From the human T2T-CHM13v2.0 reference genome, Homo sapiens, in assembly GCF_009914755.1 (NCBI RefSeq), contig NC_060939.1: a DNA stretch of 64,000 bases; one strand, written 5' to 3'. Position numbers and translations under genes: made by a program. Below the pieces are notes generated by a model. It did not search any database. It was not told where the DNA came from and saw only the letters and a program-made list of their open reading frames with translations. How positions within the stretch are numbered: the first letter of the stretch is position 1; every line of letters begins with the position of its first letter. Below are positions 47,195 to 64,000 of this stretch, one piece after another.

Positions 47195-47960
47195 TTTACT
47201 TTTTAAAAGATTTTATTGAAATATACATACAGGAAAGTGCATCTATCATAAGTGTGCAAATTGATGAATTCTAAAATCTTTATTGTACCTGTTTAGCACC
47301 TAGATTGACACTGAACATAACTAACAACCAGAAATCTCCGTGTACTCCCTTCCTGTAACTACCCCTGCGCCCGACCAAATCACTCTCTTCTAACAGCATA
47401 ACTTTGTGTGACTAGCTTTTTTAATGTAAAAGAATGAAATCTACAGCATGTATTCATTTGCATCTGGCTTCTGCCACCCAACATTATATTTGTGGGATTC
47501 GTTTGTACAGTTGCATATTAGTTTGCAGATCCCTCACTCTCATTTCTATATGGTATTATATTGCATAAACGTACCACACTTTATCCAACTACTGTTAAAT
47601 ATTTGTGCATTTTCTACTTGGGGGTGATTTCAAATAGTGCTGCTATGAACATTCTTGTAAATGTCTTTTGGTGAACATATGCAACACATATATGCGTTGT
47701 TGTTGGTTCCCAGGAGGGGCATTCCTGGGTCATAAACAATGCGTGTGTTCAGGTTTAGTACAGTATAATGCCAAACAGGTTTCCAAAGTGTTTGTGCCAC
47801 TTTACATACCTGCCATTATTGAAAAAGAGTTCTGTTTGCTCCACATTGTCACCAATACTTGATATTTTCTGTTTTTTTTTTCTTTTAAACCGTACTAGTG
47901 GGTGTGCAGTGATATTGCAATGTGGTTTTAATTTGCATCTTCCTTGTGACAACCTTGATT
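47195..47960 (-). mobile_element. Old L1 (L1MC/ME) 3' fragment
   Basis: Antisense L1 3' motifs (gctgctatgaacattcttgt, gtggttttaatttgcat). Confidence 0.7.
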
Positions 47961-48898
47961 ACTGTAAGCCACTTGGAAATGTGATTTAAATTCATATAAA
48001 GATATAGTAGCAAAACGCATACTAGGTTACTTTCGTATCCAGAAAGTTTAGATAGAATGATTTCTATGTAAGCTTTTACTGTGTAGTCTGAGTCCATGAA
48101 TATTGATTACAAAAAACACATCTGTAGGTGAGTTACAATACCTCACTTATAATTCAAAATTCATGTGTTAGCTCAATATTTTTCAAATAATTTTTGCATG
48201 CAATTTTCACCTTCTTTCTGAGTAGTTTCAGGTATTTTGTATGGTTCCAGCAGTCAGTTAGGTTGCCATTGTTTGGAAGCACACATCCACGTATCTGCAC
48301 CATGATGATATGGCACGCCCATACCCCTCATTTCACATTTTGTCAGAAGTGCATAGTTATCACTAACTTTGCCAGTAGAAATGTACTCCCAATTTCCCAC
48401 GGACTTATCTTGAATAATCTCTCCACTGAAGCATAACAGGTTTTGAATTCTGTTAGAATAGTTGTTTTTACTATCTTTTAATTTTATACAAATTTCAAAG
48501 TTACGTAATACTTTTATTTAAAAAGTGAAACAAAGCTTTTCCTCTCCCTTACCCACATGTTAGTCCAGCAGAAGGGGAAAGCATTGGCCCCAGGCCAAAA
48601 TCATAAACGCTTTCAATTAACTAATAATAATTGCTGGCATGTTGCCATTAAATATCCTTGTCTCATTATCTCTGGTTGCTTTATCAAACCCATAGGTCAC
48701 TGAAGCCCACTTTTGAGACAAAGACTATTTCTCCCCCAAAAGTCAAGGGAAATATAAAAAATGAAATTAGTGATTAAGAATAGAAGTCAATTAATACAAT
48801 CATTTTGTCTTAATTATTTAAAGTCCAGTTTTTTTCCTGCAGCAAACCTGAAAATACACTATCCTCCAGCTATCAGAATTATATTGAGATCTACTCAC

Positions 48899-49143
<245 letters not shown>

Positions 49144-50435
49144 CTGTGGAAAAGCCAAAGGGGAGACTCCTGAAGAAAGGCGGTGAAGACTGTGAAGAGC
49201 GGGTCAGGAAGATGAGCACAGCACTGCTACTCCTGTGGGCACAGGGACAGCATGTCTCCAGCCAGTGCCACCTTGTTTAATACATGGGAACTCACTGAAA
49301 TTCATTCTGTATTTTGCCCGCAAAGTTTTAAAGATTTCATCCACAGTCAGGAATTAAACTTATACCAATGAGAGCCTCACACATTCAAGGATGTACTAAG
49401 CACTACAGGCCTCACAGAAACAGAGATCCCATCTTGGAGTTTTCAGTCCCACATGGGAGATAAAGGGTTTTGAACATGAAATGACAAAAACAACAGCAAG
49501 AAGAAAATTCTCGTCCTTTTTCATTACTATCAGACTCAAATAAATGTCTTGGCTCTTACATTACATTCATTCTTCAACCATTGTGGTCTGGCTTCCACTT
49601 CCTTCACTTCACCAACATGGCTCTGCCAAAGGAAGCCCGTGATCTCTAGGCCATCACTTTAATTGATCTCTCTACAACATTTATCCTGGTCGTTAAGCCC
49701 TCCTTACAACATTCTTTTCTCTGTTTTTATAGCTCCATCTCTCCTGCTTCTTTAACTTGATAATGCATACTTGATTTTTCTATTTGTTATTTCATAAACC
49801 AATTAATATACAGATAAAATGACTGTATATCAAACCATGTTTGTATAGAAAAAATGGATTTTGGATGCCTCTCATATGTAATTAGTTCTATTAAACATAT
49901 TAATTGTATTGTTTAATTTGTCAGGTTTTTGACAGAATTTTGTTTACAAGTAATAAAAATTTTATCTCCAATTTTCAATAATTACACCCATTATTTCTGT
50001 TTTATGTCTCATTGCATTGATGAGATCTTGCAGAATAATTTTAAAACAGTAGTGGGTATTTTCTACTTTTAATGGGTATGTCTAGTATTTCATATATTGT
50101 TGCTTATAGAACACTATTCAACCAAGACATGTCAAGACTAGTTGTCTCTCAAACCATTAGTATTTATATTATTCCTTTCCAGCTACACTTGTAGGATGTA
50201 AAAGACCATTTCCAGGAATATGGAACTGTTTTACTAGGTGGAGGGTATATATAACCATACAATAGTCACAGAAACTACATTAATACTCACATAAATCAAA
50301 GCATAAATGACATAGAATCTTGGCAGATTTGCTTAAGGTTAAATGTATAACTCTTATCAGCAGGAGGTGAAAGAATATATTCTTAGATACTTGGCACATT
50401 TAGAAAATATAATCTAATATTCTTTTTAAAGAATA

Positions 50436-50742
<307 letters not shown>

Positions 50743-53700
50743 TCATCTACAAGGGAATTACTTGAAATTAAAACAAATGGTAGTCATATATATGGTACTT
50801 CATTATTAGGAAGGTGACTAAAAGCCCATTTAGACATATTCTGCTTTTCTTAAGGAATAATGATCGTTTCATGTTAGGTTATAGCCAGCACAGCACCTCG
50901 TGGGGTCATCAGAGGCCTGTGCTATCATTCTCACTAGGAGGGATGGTTAACCCATGTGTTCTAGGACCACAAACTATGCCCCAATCTACTCATCCATCTA
51001 GAAAAAAAGGCATGCTTTTAGTTCAACAATTCCAAAGCATCAGTTGGAGGACCAGTGTTGGCTGCATCAGAATCACCTGGGTGTTTGTAATAAATACAGA
51101 ATCCTGAGCAGGTATTCTGGCATTTCTGTTCATACAGAATCTCCAGGGTCAGGGCCAAGTATGTCTGATGTGTAGCAACAGACGGAAACCATCACTTTAG
51201 TTAGCAGAAGGAAGGCACTGAGCAGAGGGTTGAATATAATACATTGGAAAAATATCTTAAAGAATTGGGAAAAAGTAATATATGTGAATATCACATCATC
51301 ATTATAATAGGAAAAGACAAGGTCCTCAACATTGTCAAAGGTATAAATTCCTAAAACAGGTCAAATTCGTGTTCTCAAAACATTTTCCTGAAAAATGTTA
51401 CTAGGTGGTATAGGGATAAATAGGTTTGCAAAGTACTGTACCCTCTATATATCTTGTCTCAGAAATTCAGAAAGTGTTAAAGACTCTGAGAAGTCCTGCA
51501 GGCAACTTCTTATATTTAATGCAGTATATCTCAAACTCACTTGAGCACACAATACTTTTTTCCCCCGAGGCATATCTATTAAGGTCCTATAGAACAATAT
51601 TCTTAGGCATACCATTTAGAGATACAATTCTAAAATGATTTTATCAAATATTCTATTTCATGGCAAAGTTTTTCCCTATATATTGACATATTCCAACACT
51701 TAGTGTTCCTTTTTGCAATATAAATCTTTTCAAGAGGAAATTATAAGCATTGATTAAATGCATCTTAAATTCAAAACCTTAAATAATATTCATCCCAGTA
51801 TAATTCTTATTGAAATCTATACTTCAAATTGAGTTAGTCCTATAATTTTTCACTTCTAATTAAACCAATTAAAGCAGGGTATGTCTACTGACCTACTTTC
51901 CAGAATTTAAAAAATAAACTAGGAAAAAACATCTTCTGAGCTGTGGGATGTTTCCAGAGCTTCATTAAAATAACTTGAAATTTTCATTTGGGTACAATTT
52001 TTGCTTATTTTATGGTTCAAATATGCAGCACAAAAGATGACTGGAAGAGGATTATTGAAGCAAATTTAATAAAAGCAGAGTCTATATGAGGCAGTGCTGC
52101 TTCATTGCTGCTTTTTCTGCTTTGAGGATGGCAAACTAGAAAAGCCCTTAGATTAAGTTTTTACTTTACCTAAGACAGCATTAAAGCTGATTAAAAGGTT
52201 CCACTGAAATGGCAAAATGGCCATATCTCTAATAAGCGCCAGTATAAAACTTAATCTTAAATTGGGCAGTCCTGGGGAAAAGAATTAGATTTAATTTATA
52301 CCAATTTGAATTATAGAAGTCAGACTCATAGCAGCCATTGGCTACTTATTCTGTGTGCTAAACTAAATCTCAACTCAGTCCCAGGAGGACACATTTCCTA
52401 CTACAGGGCAACCCTTTTCTGCCCAGTGATCTTAGGTTCGATTATCTATGAAGGGTAGACCATGTGGTAGTAACATATTTTCCAGGGAACAAAACAAATC
52501 AGTTTTAATAGTGATCAAACCCCACCCAGCCTCTTTATGTGTTAATACCCAACTTACAAAACCGTATGTTAAGCTGTACAATTCCTCCACTGGAAATTTA
52601 AGCGCACATTATTATGAGTTCCTTATTTCCTGATAAGTCCCAATGGTTACAAAATTACTCAGTTTCTTTGAAGAATCAGGAAGCCACCACCCATGGGCAC
52701 TCAATACTGATTGTCATTTTTAACAAATTGTGGGAAATAAGCTTTAAAACTGGGTCACTACCCCTAAAAGTATGCAGTTTAGTTATAATATATCAATACT
52801 GATTTGTTAGTTGTGACAAATATACCATAATCATGTAAGATGTTAGCAACAAGGGAAACTGGGTGCCTGTGTGGTACACAGAAACTCTCTATACCACCTT
52901 TGCAACTGTTTTCTAAATATAAAACTATGCTAATATTTTTTTAAATTTAAAAATTAAAAGTAGGTCACCAGAAATTTCCTACCCACATAATATAGTCTCA
53001 TTTTGAATGTAGGCAAAGGAGGATTCTCAATTCTAGGACTGTCTCTCTAAAAAAGTAAAAAGCTGGTAATTTGATAAGATTACTGCAAGAGAAGCATGAC
53101 TAAGTAGGCATATATCAACAGTCAATATGGTACCTTTATTACCTAAGAAAAACAAGGCAAAAATTTATCTTGGAAAACTGGATTGCAGAGAACCCTATCT
53201 TCTAATTTAATCATCACACACTTATATAGCTCATGTTACACACACAGTACGGTAATATTTATTTGCTGAAAAGCAGAATACAAAAGCATTAGATACTCCC
53301 CATCCACCTATGAGTTCACCATCTAGTTAAGTACACGTCACTGCCAAGAAGCTTAAAATGATAGTATTGTCCCTGATTTCTAAGAGCACACATACGCTGA
53401 CGGGCAACTCTCATGCCAACCTCAAAGGAAGGTAGAATGGATAACAGCATTAAGTCTACAAATACTGTGCTGTGAACACTGTAGCTAAGACCATTCTGGA
53501 ATAAACAGTGTATCATCTTTAATGTATAGTATCCTATCCCAAAAGTGATATCAAAATGTCTTTAGTAAAATAAGTTCTGTTCTTCTTCATTCTTTCATTC
53601 AGCACCTACTGTCTGCCAAGTGTTGCTGTATATGCTGAGCACACTAACAGCACTAACAAAAATACCCTGCTCTAATAGAAACAGACAATAAGCATATGAC

Positions 53701-54073
53701 GTAGATGGTGTTATGTACTATGAAGAGAAATAAGCCCAGAGCAGATGAGAGTTGATGGAGTTGTGTCTTAATTTGCCTTATTTTACATATATTTAATGTA
53801 TTAAAATCGTGCTGACATCCTATGTGGAAAGGTTTACTGAAAATTTGAGAGACAGAGAATGGCTGATCTGTAGAACATGGGTACTGTCTAAAAGAACCTT
53901 CACTGATTCTTTCAAACTTTTCCAGAGATAAACTTAGACTCATTTTGAAAGTTGCTTTATTACCAAAAAATTGCCACTCCATGAAAAGTTCAGCACTTGA
54001 TGCCAATAGATGTGACAACAAAAAAGCAACTTTGGCATCACATATATGGTCAGGAAAACCATCAGAAACTAAG

Positions 54074-54109
<36 letters not shown>

Positions 54110-54113
54110 GTAA

Positions 54114-54257
<144 letters not shown>

Positions 54258-54321
54258 TGAGGTTTCACCATGTTGGCCAGGCTGGTCTCAAACTCCTGAC
54301 CTCAGGTGATCCACCCACCTC

Positions 54322-55403
54322 TGTTGCAGGAAGTCAGGGACCCCAAACGGAGGGACCAGCTGAAGCCATGGCAGAAGAACATAAATTGTGAAGATTTCAT
54401 GGAGATTCATTAGTTCCCCAAATTAATACTTTTATAATTTCTTACGCCTGTCTTTACTGCAGTCTCTGAACATAAATTGTGAAGATTTCATGGACACTTA
54501 TCACTTCCCCAATCAATACCCTTGTGATTTCCTATGCCTGTCTTTAATCTCTTAATCCCGTCATCTTCATAAGCTGAGTAGGATGTATGTCGCCTCAGGA
54601 CCCTGTGATGATTGCGTTAACTGCACAAATTGTTTGTAGAACATGTGTGTTTGAACAATATGAAATCTGGGCACCTTGAAAAAACAACAGGATAACAGCA
54701 ATGTTCAGGGAACAAGAGAGATAATCTTAAACTCTGACTGCCGGTGAGCCGGGCGGAACAGAGCCATATTTCTCTTCTTTGAAAAGCAAATGGGAGAAAT
54801 ATCGTTGAGTTCTTTTTCTCAGCAAGGAACATCCCTGAGAAAGAGAATGTATCCCTGAGGGGAGGCCTCTGAAATGGCCACTTTGGGGACGGCTGTCTTT
54901 TACAGTCACAGCAGAGGGATGAAATAAGCCCCGGTCTCCCATAGCGCTCCCAGTCTTATTAGGACGAGGAAATTCCTGCCTAATAAATTTTGGTCAGACC
55001 AGTTGTCTGCTCTCAAACCCTGTTTCCTGATAAGATGTTATCAATGACAATGCGTGTCTGAAACTTCATTAGCAATTTTAATTTTGCCCCGGTCCTGTGG
55101 TCTTGTGATCTCGCCCTGCCTCCACTTGCCTTGTGATATTCTATTACCTTGTGAAGCATGTGATCTCTGTGACCCACACCCTATTCGTACACTCCCTCCC
55201 CTTTTGAAAATTGCTAATAAAAACTTGCTGGTTTTATGGCTCAGGGGGCATCACGGAACCTGCCAACATGTGACGTCTCCCCCAGACACCCAGCTTTAAA
55301 ATTTCTCTTTTGTACTCTGTTCCTTTATTTCTCAGACCGGCCAACACTTAGGGAAAATAGAAAAGAAACTATGTGAAATATCGGGGGTGAATTTTGCCCG
55401 ATA
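54322..55403 (+). mobile_element. MER11 solo LTR (HERV-K11/HML-8) inserted in an antisense Alu (54078-54321 and 55410-55457)
   Basis: Start TGTTGCAGGAAGTCAGGGACCCC...; 6-bp TSD CACCTC (54316-21, 55404-09); Alu resumes in register. Confidence 0.9.
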
Positions 55404-56325
55404 CACCTCAGCCTCCCAAAGTGCCAGGATTACAGGTGTGAGCCTTCGTGCCTGGCCGATAACTCCTTTGAAACAACATAAATATGGAAATGAACTACTC
55501 ACATATGTTATTATATTGCCCATATCCTTCTGCAGCTTGCCTTTTTCACCCAAAGTTTTCTTCATGAGATTTACCCATGTTAATTCTTTTCAATCTAGTA
55601 TGTTCATGTTTAATTGCTGTATAATATTCCACCACATGGATATGAGTTTATCCAATCTCTTGTTGGTTAACTTACATTCTGCATCATCTTATGTTACTGC
55701 AAATACTACCGTGATAAACAGGTTTTCCAAATTTCTTTGTACACATGTGTTTTTTTGCTCAGGTATGTGCATCTTCAACTTCATTAGAGATTATAAAATT
55801 GCACTCCACTTTACCTAGCTGAGTTTCCACTGGCCCATATCTCTGCCAGCAATTCTGTCAGACTTACATTTTCGCCAATCTGAAGATGACAGAATAGTCA
55901 TTTTAACTTTCAATTTATCCATGAGTTTCTAGTTCAAGTATCTTTTCCCATGTTTACTGACCATTCCAGTTTCTTCCTCTATAAAGTAACTCTTCACATC
56001 CTATGCCCATTTTGTCTTAAGTTTTTCTTTTCATTATTAGGCTATTTTTCATATCCTGGATACTAACCATTACAAAAAGTTTCCCTACAACAAGATCACA
56101 AAGACAGGTAAATTTTCTTTGAAATTTTTTCTAGTTTTTCTTTTCATATTTTAGTCTTATAATGTCAGAAAAAAAGACCTAACACTCAAATGTCAAAAAA
56201 AAACCTAACTGAATAAAAAAGTGGTACATCCACACTACAAAGTACTAATTTTAAAAAAGATGAAGAACATTTCTATAAACAGATATGAAGTGATCTCTAA
56301 GAGAAGTTTAAAAAGGTGCAAAATG

Positions 56326-56625
56326 GGCCGGATGCAGTGGCTCACACCTGTAATTCCCAGCACTTTGAAAACACTCTGGGAGGCTGAGGCAGGTGGATCG
56401 CCTGAGCCCGATATCAGCCTGGGCAGCATGGCAAAACCCAGTCACTACCAAAAATACAAAAAAAATAGCCGGGTGTGGTGGCACACACCTGTGGTTCCAG
56501 CTACCCTGGAGGCTGGGGTGGGAAGACAGCTTGAGTCTAGGAGGCAGAGGTTTCAGTGAGCCAAGATCACCCCACTGTACTCCAGCCTCAGTGACAGAGT
56601 GAGACCCCACCCCAGGTCAAAAAAC
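56326..56625 (+). mobile_element. AluJ
   Basis: Diverged sense Alu dimer. Confidence 0.8.
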
Positions 56626-56844
56626 AAAGTGCACAATGGTATATGCTATCTTTTATCTAAGGGAGGGAGAAAATATTCCTGCCTCAGCCTCCCGAGTGGC
56701 TGGGATTGCAGGCTGAGCCACCATGCCCGGCTAATTTATTTATTTATTTTTTTTGGTGGAGATGGGGCTTCATGTTCGTGGGGCTGGTCTCAAACTCCCG
56801 ACCTCAGGTTATCTGCCTGCCTCGTCCTCTCAGGGTGCTGGGAT

Positions 56845-59240
<2,396 letters not shown>

Positions 59241-59249
59241 ACACCAGGT

Positions 59250-59470
59250 CTCTTAACAGAAAAACAAAACAAAAACCATAAAGATTAGCCTGGCCTGGTG
59301 GGCCCGGCGGGCAGTCCCAGCTACTCTGAAGGCTGATGTAGGAGGATTGCTTGAGCCAGGGGGTGGAGGTGGCAGTGAGCCATGTTGGCGCTGCTGCAGT
59401 CCAGACTGGGCGACAGAGCGGGACAGTGTCTCAGGAAAAGGGAAAGGAAAAAAAAATAAAGAAAAAGAAA
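59250..59470 (+). mobile_element. Diverged sense Alu linker, right arm and G-interrupted A tail
   Basis: ttagcc...cagtcccagctact...gcgacagagcgggac...tctcaggaaaagggaaagg. Confidence 0.75.
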
Positions 59471-60312
59471 GTATATAAAATTGCTAAATCAGGGAACAGC
59501 TTAAGAGTATATTATTGAGAGAAATAGAGGCAAAGGTGAGCAGACACCAATGTTCACTTAGTGGAACTGCAGGTGTCCCCAGACAGGAGGCTGCTATTTT
59601 TCCAAAAGAAATCTACTATTGACTTAAAAAAAAAAAAAAAAGTTGGTTTGTTACAATATACAAATAGCTACACTTTATATAGCCACCACCCTCTTCTAGC
59701 ACTGCTCTAAGCCTTTTCCTGCTCTGAAAGAGCTACTGTTACCTCCATTGTAGAAAAAACAGATGCCAGAGGTTGTTGTGGAAGGACCAGGGAAACTGAA
59801 ATTTACTTGTACTTTTCAGACTTAAAGGTTCTTCCTGCTCTGCTCCATACACTGCAACATTGTAGTTAACATACCTCTTAAAATACTGGTCCTTTCTGTA
59901 TTTGGAGGGACTCATCTTGCAGTGTGAAGTTTTTTCTTGCACTAAGCATTTGGTCATAAGCTCATTTGCGTTTTATGTCAGGTTTAAGTACCTCTTCAGA
60001 CATTGTTCAGTTAGGAATGTAAATATGAGCAAACAGGTATCTGATTGAAATAGATAACCTAGAAAAAATCACTTATGAGAAAGTCAAGAAAATGTGAACT
60101 CTGGATTTGTGGCTATTTTCAGAATGTATTAATTTTTTGATATTTAATGGCGTTATGAGTATATTTATTTTTAAAAATTCCTTGTCTTCTACAGATACAT
60201 ATAAGGTAATTTTAAAAATGATATGATATATAGGTTTTACTTAAAAATAATTCAGAGGAAGAAGGAATGTATATAAATGAAGTGGGAATACAAATGGAAC
60301 AAAACAGGATGT

Positions 60313-60617
60313 GGCCAGGTGCGGTGGCTCACGCCTGTAATCCCAGCACTTTGGGAGGCCGAGGCAGGCAAATCACCTGATGTCAGGAGTTCAAGACCAG
60401 CCTGGCCAACGTGGTGACACCCCATCTCTACTAAAAATACAAAAATTAGCCGGATGTTGTGACGGGTGCCTGTAATCCCAGCTACTCAGGAGGCTGAGGC
60501 AGGAGAATTGCTTGAACCTGGGAGGCAGAAGTTTCAGTAAGTCAAGATCATGCCACTGCACTCCAGCCTGGGCAACCACAGCAAAAGCCCACCTTTAAAA
60601 AAAAAAACAAAACAAAA
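60313..60617 (+). mobile_element. AluSx/Sq
   Basis: Full Alu dimer. Confidence 0.9.
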
Positions 60618-61904
60618 ACTGGCCATGCCATGAATGAAAAATTGTTGATGATGTATGTATGTAGGGCAGTTATATTATTTTTCTTAACTTTTTTTAGGTT
60701 TGAAACTTTTTATTGAACACATGCAAACATCCCTTGATAACTGGGGCTGCTTCCCCATTATTCTCATAGTAGCCCTTCTGATTTTCACTTCATCTTCATT
60801 CTTAGAGATTCTGGATTTTTTTTTTTTTTTGGCAAGATCAAATATGTCTTTGCAAGGACCATCCAGAATGTCTATTTTATGACAGAGGCTTTGCAGAGTA
60901 CCTACTCAGCCATATTATCAGAAACAGAAATATTTTCCATATTCTTGTCTTGTCCTGTTTAGATTTTTTAAATTCCAAGAACAGTCACCTTCTACCACAC
61001 ACTCTGATGTTGGAAGACAAAGCATATTTTGTAAGTGGCATGATTTCTGGGCTCAAATTTAGAACAGAGCCACAGCTTTCAACAACCAAAAAATAACTTA
61101 CTGTGACTCACCAAATTTAGAAAGATGGGGATTATTATAAAAAGAAAACCTTAATTTACTATGTGACCTCTAAGTATCTGGGCTGAAAATTGTAAAGATA
61201 GAAAGGTAAATCAAAAGATATAGAGACTGTAATCATGCACTTAATGAAGCACTAAATCAAAATATATTTGGCATACGTGAAAGAGTTTAATTTTATCACA
61301 TTTTTTACTGGCACTATAGCTATTTGCAAGTACATATAAAACTACAGTGTTACATATAAACTACCAAAAAAGAACTTTTTAAGAAATGAGACTCATCTAG
61401 CAACTTTATTTAAAAGTTTATCTTAGGGGAATAATTAAGGATGGCCATACAAAAGGATTTAGCCATGACACGAGAATGTTCTCCCTGGCAAACCAATGGA
61501 AATTATTAAATGTGCAAAATGGAACTGTTGGAATAAATTCTAATGCCTTCATATGATCGTATATTTAACCTTTTAAAATGATATTGAAGAGTTGCATACA
61601 TTGACTTAAACACACATTTGTAACACATCACTGAATAGGAGAAATATGGGCCAGCAAAGAACATAGAGTTGGTCCAATTTCTACAAAAAAAAGAAGACTC
61701 TAATAGCATGACAGCAGGGAAGGGGGACTATGTCAACGTATGTGTGTATATGTATGTATATGCATAGCAAGCATGAACTTGAAAAGATATATTTCAAATT
61801 GTTTACACAGATTACCTCAGAGAGGTAAATAACTTTGGACTTTGGTGTTCTGTATTCCACATGCTCTGAATTTTCTTTTTTTATTTAAATAGAGATGGGA
61901 TCTT

Positions 61905-62499
61905 AGCCAGGAGCAGTGGCTCACCCCTGTAATCCCAGCACTTTGGGAGGCTGAGGAGGGCGGATTGTTTGAGGCAGGAGTTCAAGACCAATCTGGCCAA
62001 CACGGCAAAACTCTGTCTCAACTAAAAATTCAAAAATTAGCCAGGGGCGCAGTGGCTCATGCCTGTAACCCCAGACACTCGAGAGACTGAGGCATGAGAA
62101 TTGCTTGAACCAGGAGGCAGAGGTTGCCGTGAGCCGAGATCACACCACGGCACTCCAGCCTGGGCAACAGACCAAGACTCTGTCAAAAAACAAAACAAAA
62201 CAAAACAAAACAACAACCACAACAACAAAACAGTAATAAAGAGAAAACCTAATGGACAGGAGCAATGTCTCGTGCCTGTAATCCCAGTGCTTTCGGAGGC
62301 CAAGATGGGAGAATTGCTTGAGGCCAGGAGTTCAAGACTAGCATTGGCAACATAGTAAGACCTTTTCTCTACAAAAAAATTTAAAAATTAGCCAGGCATA
62401 GTAGTGCATGCTTATACTCCCAGCTACCTGGGAGGCTGAGGTGGGAGGATCACTTGAGCCTAAGAGTTGGAGGTTGCAGTAAGCTGTGATCATACCACC
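61905..62499 (+). mobile_element. Two tandem sense Alus; the second (AluJ) is truncated at the golgin-duplicon junction
   Basis: 61905-62230 complete with (CAAAA)n tail; 62255-62499 ends abruptly at cataccacc. Confidence 0.85.
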
Positions 62500-63078
62500 A
62501 GAGAGCCACGACCCCATCCCCGCCTCCTTCCTCTGTCCTACGCTAGCAATAAATAAGTTTCCCAGCCACAAATAATTATTAGAACCTCCTCCCCATGTGA
62601 CAGCTCCAACCTCTGCTAGGTATGATACAGGGGCAGCCCTACCCTCTGGAATATACAAAATGTTACACAGACACAGTATGTACACCGGGGAAGGTGGGCC
62701 ACCCCAGCAGCCCATGCCCTCGCTGGTCCACAGTTAGCCCCACTTTCTGGCCTCAGCTACCTCTCTGAATAAGAAGATGGGAGCCCCCCTGAGGGAAAAG
62801 TTGCTATGGTGAGAGTAAGGGGGACATCAGGCCTCCTCCAAACAAACCAACTCCACCAGCCTCTGGCTCTTAAATAACAATCATCATCATCCAGAAATTT
62901 AGGGACTCAGCCCTGGTCAGGGTGGCAAAGGGTCTGTTTGTCTTTCCCCATTAGACAGAGGTCTTGTCCTGCTACCCTAATTGTAAAGGGGTGCCTGGGA
63001 AGGGGTGGTAGGGACATGGTGGCGGTGGAGACTCCGGCCCCACTTCTCCAGGCTTTGCTGACAGGGGCCTGCTTTTAA
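62500..63078 (-). other. GOLGA2-derived 3' UTR remnant of the golgin duplicon
   Basis: Minus strand TAAAAGCAGGCCCCTGTCAGCAAAGCCTGGAGAAGTGGGG resembles the recalled sequence after the GOLGA2 stop codon. Confidence 0.6.
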
Positions 63079-63332
63079 TTTTTATTTTTATTCCATGACT
63101 TTTTAAAAAAGAATCCCGTAACTTCTTTTTCATAACTTTTTTTGTAACTTTTCATAATACTGTTTTCTACTTTGTTCCCACAAGTTTTTTTGCCACAACG
63201 TTTTTACATTTTTTATCCCATAACTTTTTCACCCCATAACTTTTTTAAATAAAGTTATTTAATAAAATAACTTTTTATAAAACTTTAATAAAAGTTTTTT
63301 AATTAACCCATAACTTTTTTATTTTGGTTTTT
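63079..63332. repeat. T-rich low-complexity tract with degenerate CATAACTTTTT units (decayed poly(A) on minus strand)
   Basis: Repeated ataacttttt motifs. Confidence 0.7.
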
Positions 63333-64000
63333 AATAAACACTTGCATAGTTATATTACAACTTTGTAAAAATGAAACACATTATCTCATGCCAAGCATGC
63401 CCAGCATTTGCACAGTATCAATACCTTTAATACTATAGTTTTCAAGAAACGCAAAATAAAATTTTAAGGCAAAAACAACACATTCAAACAACTTAATAAT
63501 TTATTACATTACAGTGGCATCACACCAGCAGTCAATAAGGCCACTCTAGGGAAAAATCTTTCAGTATTTCCATTACACATTCTGTTTATAATAATTCATA
63601 AACTGGTAAAATTCATTCTAAGAAAACTTGGCAAATAAAACTTTGGACTGGAATTGGCATTTCTTTCTCTGCTTTTCGTTCCCACTGTTTCTTTCTTTTA
63701 TACTACAGTATTCATATTTTAAAATGTTTTAAATTATTTCAGAACATTAAGATAGCAGTTACATATTTTAATAGTTATATTATTTTAAAACAACTCTTTA
63801 AAGTTTTAGAGAAACTATATTATGGATAGGGCTGATTTACATTTTCAAATTTTCTAAAATCAGCTTTGGTTTTAGAGCTGATTTTTTTTTTCATTTCTGG
63901 AAAATTATCAGGTTGAATCAAATACTTTTAAAATGATTATTATATATTGCCATCTTTAAATAGGTATTTTGATTCTTCCTACAGAAATTAAAATGTATTC
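63320..64000 (-). other. 3' UTR end of a GOLGA8/GOLGA6-family gene or pseudogene (core duplicon, ITSN2-derived UTR); gene body lies beyond the window
   Basis: Minus strand reads GCTGGTGTGATGCCACTGTAATGTAATAAATTATTAAG, recalled from GOLGA8 mRNA ends; AATAAA at 63505-63500; AT-rich. Confidence 0.7.

Overview
Primate (human-type) genomic DNA from a chromosome 15q11-q13-style segmental-duplication mosaic. (1) From 1.2 to 38.7 kb on + lies an unprocessed partial HERC2 duplicate (HERC2P2/P3/P9 class) with 26 recognisable exons covering the MIB/HERC2, UBA-like, CPH and ZZ regions. The first 23 exons splice by GT-AG into one uninterrupted frame of about 1295 codons until a 5-bp duplication in the CPH exon shifts it to a stop; a later acceptor is mutated AG>GG. 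(2) From 44.1 to 47.0 kb on - is an inverted three-exon block of the HERC2 RLD2 domain carrying a nonsense codon. (3) Near 49 kb on - is an orphan, frameshifted copy of the first coding exon of FRMD6 with its splice sites. (4) From 54 to 59.5 kb are a MER11 solo LTR inside an Alu, a G-poor ERV1-type LTR, and a four-unit tandem array of inverted Alus with a strongly strand-biased A>G signature resembling genomically fixed ADAR hyper-editing. (5) From 62.5 to 64 kb on - is the 3' end of a GOLGA8-type core duplicon. Introns are rich in Alu, L1, MLT1, MER21 and DNA transposons, plus a 54-bp VNTR that multiplies a branch-point motif. All homology calls come from remembered sequences; no search was run.
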